Shown piece by piece: positions 27,560-37,161 of a stretch of 64,000 nt of DNA. Position numbers and translations under genes: made by a program. The DNA is taken from NCBI GenBank assembly GCA_002269645.1, contig NIVC01001657.1, positions 1-64,000 on the forward strand, given 5' to 3'. Position 1 is the stretch's first letter, and every line of letters begins with the position of its first letter. The DNA comes from Macrostomum lignano. Its lineage: Eukaryota. The notes under the pieces are model-generated. The model saw only the letters and a program-made list of their open reading frames with translations. It searched no databases and was not told the DNA's origin.

Positions 27560-27900
27560 TTCATGTGGTGGCGTGGGGAACAGCGTCCTCCAAGACGACA
27601 ACGCCCCACCGCATCGCGCAGCCGCTGTGGCGCATCTGAAGGAGCTGCTGCACCTGCGAACCTTGCGCTGGCCGTCCCAATCACCGGACATGAATCCCAT
27701 AGAGCACATTTGGGATTACCTGAAGCGCTCGATTCAGCGCGACAATCCGCCGCAAAACGTTTCCCAACTGCGCGAATCACTGTCTACTGCATGGTAACAA
27801 CTACCGCAAGATTTTCTGCGACGCCTGGTTCTGGGGATGCCCTCTGCTGCATCTGGAGTGAGCGCTCTGCTACACGCACGTGGCTGCTATACGCGTTACT
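27560..27900 (+). mobile_element. Tc1-family transposase remnant (C-terminal DDE part, in-frame stop)
   Basis: LQDDNAPPHR...WPSQSPDMNPIEHIWDYLKR motifs; TAA in place of the W-x Tc1 tail at ~27795. Confidence 0.85.
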
Positions 27901-28601
27901 GACCCTTTTCTAGGCAAGTTGTCACCCATGCTCGCGTACTAATTGTTTCTTTGAATTTGCTGTTCCTTTTTGCTTCGTTCGAATCAGGATTATATATTTG
28001 TCTATGGCTCAAACACGAATATCTCCACCCATTCATGATCATTCATATTCATGATCGTGCTACGTCTTGATACAGCAGTAAATTCAAGCGGTTCTTCGTT
28101 GGACGTGGTGCGCAATTGTTTAAGTTCTATTTATCAGCATTCACGGCACGTTTCCTTGTCTCATGTTAATATACATCTATTTAGAGTTAATGGCTTCAAT
28201 GCTAATAATGTCATACGTGCTAAGATTTGGTAAACTGTAAAGTCTAAGGCTAAGGTCAGATTTCATATACTAGTGACTACAAAAATAAAAAATACATAGA
28301 CGATATGCGATATACCTATGTAAAGTATGTGTTGAATTATTTATTATTTCGGAACCTTTTATCACTACTTACTTCAGTGTGTATAAACTTTGCTCATTCT
28401 TTCTAGTAGCGTTCGAATCAACTGTTTTACAGATGGCAAATAGCATTCAAAAGGAATTAGACGGAGCGAGAGATATGAGATCAAAACACAACAAGTCAGT
28501 TGTTTGTTGACGTTTGCTGTTATAATTCTAAATATCCAATTTTGCAGAGGCTGAACTGACGGCTCTACTTCCGTACCAGTCGGATTCAGCAATGCTCAAC
28601 T

Positions 28602-29528
28602 TCAGACAAAACTGTTTGCCACGTCAGAGATAATTCTATTATACTCGTTCATTGCAGCTAGCAATATAGCATTTCGTTCGTAGGCGTAGTAGTCCCTATT
28701 CTTTGGCACCAGCTCCGCCTTAATGTTCATGTCCAGGATGATGATGTCCACATTTTTGTTATAGGAATTGATTATCCGCAGGCGCACTTTCAGTTCTCCG
28801 AGAGGTTGATGAGTTTTATCCCTAAGATTATTAATATATTTAATTAGTCACCTAATAATTAGTAATTAGTTCAAATGCTTAATCATGCTTCTACGCTTAA
28901 TTATCTTAATTATTATCTCGTATAATAACAATTAAAACAAAATATTCGTTTTGTCTTACCAAGAGTACCAATCTCCGTTTTCGGTAATTTGAAGGATGTG
29001 AAGCATGTTTCTCATATCCGAAGGGTAGTTATTAATGACTGAGGACAGCATGGAGACGGGGACATTAGCGTGGTTGACTGACCTGTCCCGCCTCAGCCAA
29101 GACTTGATGAGGCAGTTGTTGCAGATCACACCGGGAGGCACTGTCACCTTGTTGACTAGGTCTAGCATCAAGCTCCGAGTGCTCCGCCCGCTGAATGCTT
29201 GGCCCGGTCCAACTGCGCCAACTGTGAATTTGCATGTACATGCGAATGCAGATTGAAGGACGCGTTTGAACTGACACTTGCACATAGTTCAGGACACTAA
29301 GCTTATGCGTTTTAAATTTTTCCTATAAGAATTCGTACTGGCTTTTTAAATTTACTTTCAAAAGCTCATTGAAATAATTACAATCCTTCTACAAGGCTTG
29401 GTAAATACAGATGGAAAGAACTCGAAATAGCTCTCACAGTTAAGGGCACTTTCTTCAAAGGAGACCGCAGTGCTGCCTATGACAGACAGGATGGCCACTA
29501 AAAGAGCGCATTTGTAAACGAGCACCAT
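28602..29528 (-). CDS. Unknown secreted protein, paralog 2 (~190 aa); exons 29528-29438, 29221-28960, 28821-28602
   Basis: Signal-peptide-like MVLVYKCALLVAILSVIGSTAVS; exon 1 (91 nt) and exon 3 (220 nt) identical in length to paralog 1; shared KVTVPPGVICNNCLIKSWLRRDR and IKAELVPKNRDYY. Confidence 0.85.
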
Positions 29529-29843
29529 TTCTTCTCTGCTTTGCAAGTTAATTTATAATTAATATTTCGCCAAGATTGGAAAGACTTATTTCCTATTATA
29601 AGTATTCCAACTTATATACCTAACTAAAAAGCCATATTACGCCGATCGAGAAGTGTCAATCTGTCAGGGCATTGTGAGAAACTCACAGCTGCAACGTACG
29701 CTCGCACGGAAAACAGCCAACGGTCAAATTAAGTTATGCGACATGCATAGACTGCATGTGTTGATACTCTATATTTGCTACATGTCAACTAAACTCAACT
29801 GAAACCGTAAACTTCACGAGCGAGCTTCTCCAGCGAATCTCCA

Positions 29844-30502
29844 GGGGCCTATTTCATAAAGCACTTGTCGGACAAATTACGAGTGACAAGTGACAATTCC
29901 AATAAATAATGCGTTTCATAAAAAAACAACTACAACTTGACAAATCGACAAGTTACAAGTGACAAGCGACAAGCGAAATTTGACAAATTACAAGCGTTTC
30001 TTCGGGATTTTCGTCCATAGACATGCACTAAGCTGGATGCTTCTGTGTAAAAATACTTCCTCTTGTCATGTGTTTTTGACAAGTCGCTGTGACACTTGTA
30101 GCTTTTATCAAATCGTTTTCTTATGTTTTATCTTTTCATGTCCGATAGCGAAGACGATGAATTAGAGCTCCTAGTGGCTCTAGGACCTGCGCAAAGAGTT
30201 TTTAAAGAACGAATCAACTTTCAGCCTCAGGGCCTTTACTTTTCCGAACGCTTCCGTCTCCGAATGGATCAGGTGGAGACTCTTTTACAAACTATCGTCC
30301 GGTAATTGAACATGGTACGCTCAGGAACAAAGCCCTAACAGCTCAAGAGCAACTTTTGAGCACTTTAAGATTTCTGGCTTTACTTTAACACTAGTAACGC
30401 GTGATGTTTATGAAACCAAATCGTTGACGCTTGACACACTTTTCACTTGTCATTTGTCGACTTGTCACTTGTCACTTGTAGTTTTTTTATGAAATCGGCC
30501 CC
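29844..30502 (+). mobile_element. Non-autonomous PIF/Harbinger deletion derivative
   Basis: TIRs GGGGCC(T/G)ATTTCATAAA with subterminal TGACAAG repeats; residual transposase N-terminus MSDSEDDELE...FSERFRL and RNKALTAQEQLLSTLRFLA; TSD not evident. Confidence 0.7.
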
Positions 30503-30757
30503 AATAACTTGGAAATGCATTACTTTAGGATCATCACTACTGACTCTAGACCATAATAGTTAATATCGACCATTAGACTAGGGACCATAGACTCTTTGGA
30601 TCTATCCTAGTCTCGGACTCTGAGAGCCATATAGACTCTCGGCCCAAAGACTACTTAACAACTCAGGACGCTACACTCGCGAATGGTAGAAATTCTAGAA
30701 AAGGCCGCTTGATTTGGCTGTCTATGGTTTTTTAAAAGCTCATTTTTTTCAGCGATA

Positions 30758-33700
30758 GTGGACCGGTCAGCCAACTTGCTAAGCATGAATCACAACAGCG
30801 AAGACACTGCTGAAAAGCGACTAGAAAACTATACCGCACGCGAGTTAAGGCGCATGCTGGAACAACATAGTCTGTCCAGTTCTGGGAAGAAGGCAATCCT
30901 CATAGATCGCCTACGATCGGCACGCCATGATGACACCGATGAGACGCTAACAACTACGGCCAACGAGAGAGCAGAGAGCGGCCCGGGAGGACGGCAGGCG
31001 GCGTCGGACCTGGATGTTTAAGCGGAAATCCAAGCTGCAGAGAGGCGCATCCGGCTGCTGGAACTCCAGGCAAAAGAGCGACAACTCAGAAGAGAGGCCC
31101 AAGCGTCGGAGGATCTCGAACCCCACCGGGTGGCATCTGAGAACCCGGAAGACCTTGGTGAGTTACTCAGCGCTGTTAACAATGAGGCCACCTAGGACCA
31201 ATGCTCGAAGCCCCAAATAGACAGAGTTAGGCAACAGAGACAGGTGATGCTCGTCACGGACTTCCTCGGGGACGCATCCCGTTCGGCCGATGCCGTCCTG
31301 GCCCAGGGCGCGGAGGGCCAACTTGTGCTCCGAGGAGCCAAAAGCAGCAACATGAAACCAGAGGCGGTGTCCATCGGGCAGTGAATCATGGCAAACGCCC
31401 GGATCCTCGAGTATCTCCTCAAAATGGGACAACTCACGGATCAAACAGTCTCAGAATACTTGCAATACAACGTGCAAATCGGAGAGCTCCTCGACTGCGG
31501 CTATGATACAGCTCGGGTGATGCGATTTGATGACAGCTTCCGACGCGCACAAGCCTCCACGGTGTGCTCTTGGGCCCAGCAGAACTTCTCACTCATCGCC
31601 CGGCATCTGGTAGCTCCGCAGGCAACAGCGACAAAGCAGCGTCCGCCAAAGCCACAGACAACTGTCAGGACAGCTCAGGGCATCCCCGTCTGCCGTGTCT
31701 TCAACCTACCAGCCGGCTGCCGTTTCCCAAAGTGCAAGTATGCTCACGTGTGCCGCATATGCTTGCAGCCGGACCACACGGAGTCCCGGCACGGAACTGG
31801 CGGGATACCGACGACAAAAAACTAGAGAGCGGCGGGGTTGCGAACCCCGCCGCGTGCGGCCCCACGCGGCCTCCTGCTGATTTTAACTCCACTTTTATCC
31901 CTGACGCTCTTCGCAGCAACAACACCGACATGAATCTAGCTGCTTGGTCTAGAGTTCTTCAAGAGGATGATGACCGTGAATTTCTTATGCAAGGCCTCCA
32001 CGAGGGGTTTCGCCTGACCACCGAGTACTCATTTCGCCTATCAGAGGTCGAGAACTACGGCTCATGCAAGCCGAACGAGAGTAAGGTCGAAAAGCAGATT
32101 TACCGCGAGATCGAGTTAGGCCGCTACCGGCGCGTCGCGAAGAGACCCACGAAAGTTTCGGCCATCGGCGCCATCGCCAAACCGGATGGCAATGTTCGGC
32201 TCATTCACGACTGTAGCGCTCCGAAAGGTAACAGCGTGAACTCCCATTTCACGGCTCCCTACAAGATCAAATTCGAGACGATCAGCGACTTGACCTCGAA
32301 GCTGCAACCGGGGGCTTTCATTGCGAAGATTGATTTGAAGGAAGCGTACCGAGCCGTGCCCGTTCATCCGTCCAACTGGGACGTTCTCGGCCTCAAGTGG
32401 AAGTTCAGCGACAGCACGCAGCCAATCTACCTGGTGGACACCCGCCTGCCGTTCGGCGCCGCGGCGTCGGTGTACCACTTTAACCGGTTGTCGCAAGCAA
32501 TCACCCAGGCGGTCGGCGTGCCATGTCAGCTCCGGGTTTCAACCGAATGCTTCGCCGCTCCCTTGACGCCGTAGGAGTGCCATCCTGCCAGTTCTTCGGT
32601 CACTCGATGCGACGTGGAGGCGCCTGCCACGCATTTGAGGCGGGCCTCTCGGTCGACGACGTAAAGCAGCTCGGTGGCTGGCGCAGCAACGCCGTGTCAC
32701 GATTATTGGCGTAGCGGCTAGCTATGGCTATGACCCTTAAAAGGGCCGTTTTGACGAGAATTGCAGTAAGTCGTAGTTCCAAAATAAATCGAAGTCAACT
32801 CTTGCAAAGCGGATTGTGTAGCGGAGCACTTGGCGATAAAGGCAGGAAACTGCCGTAGTTGTTTTTTTATTGTTGAGATCAATATTAGGATTGGTTGTTA
32901 CTATCAATACACAACTATAGCTTTCTGGGCACTGGCGGCTGCAACAATGGTTTTGAAGATAAATTGAATGTGAAGTCAAGTGGCAGACGAATGATGCAAT
33001 GGCGACGTAACGTGATGAGCAATGGCAATGAGCACAGTGAAGGCAGTGAGACGCAGTAGGCAGGCAGATGAGCAGTGGCGAGGTTGGCGTCAGCCGTGGC
33101 GTGAGATAAGGAGGCTCGAGGCAGCCAGACAGAGAGAAGGAAAACAAGGCTAGACAAGGCTAGGCAAGCCAGACGGGACGGAGGACAAGCCTAAGGAGAG
33201 AGAACACAGAACACAAGTGAAGCCCCCAGCCCGCCAGGCGGGGGTTAATAAAGAGCGCAAAAGGGGGTAGCGTAAAACACGGAGAGTTTTCATTGGCTGG
33301 CGAGAGAATTTGAAATTATCGATCGTGCCAAAATTCACAGGCGAGCGCAAGGCCTACCAAATACACAGTGAATTAGCAGTTGATACAGATTATTTGCACG
33401 CTACTATAAGTAAACGTTAAAATAAACTATTGGAGAAATTAAAATGAGAAATTGCAAGGGAAACTATAGTCCAACGGCTCTTTTGCGGGACCACTTAAAC
33501 TAGCAACGTCACAGCCGTTCTGCGCTACCTGCCGCTCTCGGGCGGCTCTCGGCGTGTTGTGGGAGCTTTGGCGGCTGCCGCCCAAGTCTAATTTTCTGTT
33601 TTACTGACTGCGATCCCCCTCGCCTCCTCTCCTATTGTTTGGTGTTTGGCCTGTTCCGCCCGGGTTCGTCTCCCTCGCCCGTGTCGTGCCTTTGCCTTCA

Positions 33701-34085
33701 TTCCTCAGCGTCGTTCGTTAAGTTGTGAGTAGCGTAGCTACTCTGGGTTAGCGAACACGTCGGGGAGGGGCCGCCCAGGGCCTGTGTGGGCTCTCCGTTG
33801 TGCATGCTCTGTCTCGCGGGGGGGGGTGGGTGCTTGAGTCCCATCACCCCGGCCCTTGGGGGTTTTTAGGCCGCGCGGAGCTGCTCTGGCCCAGCTACCC
33901 TGTCTCGCGTTTGCAAGCTCATTTTTTTTATTCTCCCCCTTTAAAGCCATATTTGTATTTTAATCACTTTCGAACTGAGCTCACTAAAATATATTTGACC
34001 GATCACAGGGGCCTGTTCCGCCCGGGTTCGTCTCCCTCGCCCGTGTCGTGCCTTGCCTTCCTTCCTCGGCGTCGTTCGTTAAATA
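30758..34085 (+). mobile_element. DIRS/Ngaro-type tyrosine-recombinase retrotransposon, internally deleted and degenerate
   Basis: gag with SAP domain (LENYTARELRRMLEQHSLSSSGKKAILIDRL), FDDSFRRAQA and C-rich finger (CRVFNLPAGCRFPKCKYAHVC); RT RLIHDCS, KIDLKEAYRAVPV, LPFG; fused directly to YR C-terminus GHSMRRGGA..GGWRS; stops in gag; ~75-bp direct repeats at 33648-33722 and 34008-34082. Confidence 0.85.
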
Positions 34086-34934
34086 ATAATAAAAGTTTTG
34101 CGCTATAATAATTATTTTTATAGTTATACAAACAATAAATATATGCAAATATTCCCAGCATAAGAATTGTAAATGACAATTGAAAAGTACGATATGCAAC
34201 GTAACTGTATAAGGAAAACATAGATGGCTATAACAAAGTTTGAAATATACAGGCGTTTTGAAAGAAACATTCAGCTAGGCTTCAGTTTGCGGAGTCGGCG
34301 AGAGCAAACGGTGGTTGATTGTCTGGACGTCTCGGAATCTCTGCGCACCATGCCTTTATAGATGGAGTTGGCCATGCAGTCTTCGAGACCAAGTACCGAG
34401 CGCCACCGGGTTGGTTTAAAGCTTAGCTGAAATTGGCGTAGAAGATATTGCTGACGTGAATCAGATGATTCTAGTCAGATCGGCTGCTTGCAGAGATTTC
34501 ATAGCTCCGCGTCCTGTTGGCAATTGCTTCCAGCTGGCTGTAGCGCTGCAGCCTGTGCTGAAAACCTAATATGTCAGAAATTTCTACAAGCACATCGCGC
34601 CGATACGCCAAGACTGTGAAGTCGCTCTTAACTCGAACGGAGGACTCAACAGTGCGCTCATGAATGAGCAAAAAATTGACTCGCAAATCCTGACATTGAA
34701 CAATCCAGCCTCCGGAGGTAACAAAATCCAGGCTCAAAGCTGACGTAATGAATAAGTGCCCACGAGACAATTCTGTCGACAGCATTGAAGGCAGTCAATT
34801 CATCAGGGGCCCTAGCTCTGTCGACTAACAGCAAGCCTCGCCGACCAGCATCTCTAGAGCGTCCTAAAATATTTGAAACAGGCTGATACAACTTAGTAAG
34901 TAAACAAAGTACACAACCATTCATACTTACTTGA

Positions 34935-35305
34935 GACAGTCTGACGCAGGGAAGTCAATGAAAAATCTTTAAAGATTGAGCGTGGGTCGCTGGGGCGTGT
35001 ATGGCGGTTAATTCGTTCCAGTGGTGCATTTTCAGGCCAGTGATTTTTGCAGACTCCCATGTAGATGCTAGCCTTCTACAGATAGAATGGAATGATCATC
35101 ACAATTCAGTTAATATACGTATCTTTATAGTAGAAACGAAAAATTAGGTTCAAAAGGCTACATAAATTACGGCCTTAACTTGCACAGGCAACGCATTGAG
35201 TCATGCCTCAGCTTCAGCTTCTTCCTTTGGAAAGCCAAAAACAGTGCATTTTTCACCGCTCTTATAATTCCTTCTGCATCCAGGGATGCAGCACTTCATT
35301 GGCAT
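34935..35305 (-). pseudogene. THAP zinc-finger (C2CH) exons of the P-type transposase, inactivated
   Basis: MPMKCCIPGCRRNYKSGEKCTVFGFPKEEAEAEA*LNALP (conserved W is TGA) then GVCKNHWPENAPLERINRHTRPSDPRSIF after an intron. Confidence 0.8.
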
Positions 35306-35741
35306 TTTGATGAAAAAGAGTGTTGCTATTTATCAAGATTTTAGACGAAACAAATTATTGCTACAAACCAGCAGTGCTGGTCTGAACCAGCATTGAGAAT
35401 ATGAAAGAAGTGAAGTTGGTATAAAGAAAATATAAAGAAAGTTAGTGAAGGCTTCATTGCCATAGACACAGCTAAAGCAAGCGGCCTTTTCTAGAATTTC
35501 TACCATTCGCGAGTGTAGCGTCCTGAGTTGTTAAGTAGTTCTTGTCTCGGCCACGGACTCTGGGTCATAGAATCTTATAAATCTATCCTAGGTCATGGAC
35601 TCTGGGCCATAGACTCTTATAAATCTATCCTTAGGTCATTATACATGTATATAGACTCTGAGAATTACGAGTACCTATAACTCTGCCACATTGATTGACC
35701 ATTTTTTCTAAACCTATTCTTCATCGCTACTAACTGAAATA

Positions 35742-37161
35742 TTCCTTTTTACGTTCTATTTGATAAAAATTGCAACCAATGTGGCCACGGCTCAGCCTGA
35801 CGCAGCCGCAGCAATTTTCCATAGACAGCCACCGCTAGCGGCAACCAATTTGGTAAAAACTGCGAGCTATTTTGCCAGCTTGAAGATAGCAGCTCAATAG
35901 CATAACAATAACGATAAAGAATGTTAACAATACATGCACGAAGTCAGAACATTATGTCCTCAGCATTCAAGCACCGATTGAAGTACGTCTGGGAATGGTT
36001 GATCCAGCGCAGGCACTTGAGAGGCGTGATGCAGTTCAGTGCTTGCTGCACTTCTCTCTTCAGAATGCGCATCCTGTGCTGATGCAGTGTCACACCTGCT
36101 GCAGCAGCCAGTCCAGTATCTGCCACCTCGCGCTGAATGGCAGGTGATTGCAATTGCGTTTTCAGCTTGGCCTTCAGCGCTGAGCCTGCGTACTCCGCCG
36201 GGTTGATGAACGGCGAGTATGGAGGCAGGAATCGGTGAGCATGACCTTCAGCCATCCCAGGGACACCTAGGTGAGCGCGAGCCCCATCGGACAGTAGCAC
36301 AAACTCCTCTTCCATCAGAACATCGATCTCAGAGAGGAATTTCATGAAGTGCTCGTTCTTAAAGCCTCCTTCGACGAGAGTGCTGTGAATCAGGCCGAGT
36401 TGCGAGATGGCCAGGCAGATGGTGAGATTCTGCCCACGCTGTCCGCTGACGACAGTCACAGCTGGGAGCCCCTTCGCTGAGCGGCCTTGAGTCCTTGCCG
36501 TCCAGATGTTCACCCCAAACTCGTCCATGAAGATGGTGTTCACCTGGCTTCCCTCGTCCAGCATCCATTCAACGTGCATCCTTCGCGCCTCCTTTGTAAC
36601 AGGCATGTTCCAGTTCACAGGTACCTGGCGCAGTAACTTCAGGGTGATGAGGCGACCATCCAGAGCACGACTGATAGTGGTCAGACTCACGTTGGCAACG
36701 TCATTGTGTTGGTGCAGCAGGTGCTCTCTCATTTGTTGCAGCGTCGCAGTAGGTTGACCTTCGACGAATTGAACAATGGTGTCCACCATAGCCTCCGTCA
36801 GCGCCATCCTCTTCACTCCTCCTTTTGGCAGAGTGCCAACTCTACCAGTTCGTTCATACGTGGTCACGATGTTCCTCACTGTCGGTTTCTTCATCCCCAT
36901 CATTCTGCCAAGCTCTCCCCAGTCGTCGCCACTCCTGTACGCTCTCACGATTCGCTCTCGATCCAGCTGACTTATCTTTTGGTACGGCCCACGATTCGCC
37001 ATCAGAGCAGCTGCTATCTTCAAGCTGGCAAAATAGCTCGCAGTTTTTACCAAATTGGTTGCCGCTAGCGGTGGCTGTCTATGGAAAATTCTATGCCTAT
37101 GGTCAGACTGAGCCGTGGCCAAATTGGTTGCAGTTTTTATCAAATAGAACGTAAAAAGGTA
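35742..37161 (-). mobile_element. Intact IS630-Tc1-mariner DNA transposon, 1420 bp, ~153-bp TIRs, TA TSD
   Basis: 35742-35894 is the reverse complement of ~37009-37161 with few mismatches; TA on both flanks. Confidence 0.92.
35944..37002 (-). CDS. Tc1/IS630-like transposase, 352 aa, DD30E triad
   Basis: Uninterrupted ORF from ATG at 37002: N-terminal HTH, IFMDEFG, LSDGARAH, FLPPYSPFINPAE. Confidence 0.9.
   Translation of the reverse strand: MANRGPYQKISQLDRERIVRAYRSGDDWGELGRMMGMKKPTVRNIVTTYERTGRVGTLPKGGVKRMALTEAMVDTIVQFVEGQPTATLQQMREHLLHQHNDVANVSLTTISRALDGRLITLKLLRQVPVNWNMPVTKEARRMHVEWMLDEGSQVNTIFMDEFGVNIWTARTQGRSAKGLPAVTVVSGQRGQNLTICLAISQLGLIHSTLVEGGFKNEHFMKFLSEIDVLMEEEFVLLSDGARAHLGVPGMAEGHAHRFLPPYSPFINPAEYAGSALKAKLKTQLQSPAIQREVADTGLAAAAGVTLHQHRMRILKREVQQALNCITPLKCLRWINHSQTYFNRCLNAEDIMF

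Larger units (their letters stand above)
30645..35544 (-). mobile_element. P-superfamily (THAP) DNA transposon remnant carrying a nested retroelement
   Basis: ~85-bp TIRs (30645-30727 / 35460-35544) beginning CAAAG/CAAGA; perfect 8-bp TSD TCTCGGCC (30637-30644, 35545-35552); THAP coding remnant near the right end. Confidence 0.85.

Noticed and set aside
35944-37143. 399-aa version of the transposase ORF
   Set aside because: The first 47 codons lie in the TIR and begin at a non-ATG codon; ATG at 37002 is the plausible start
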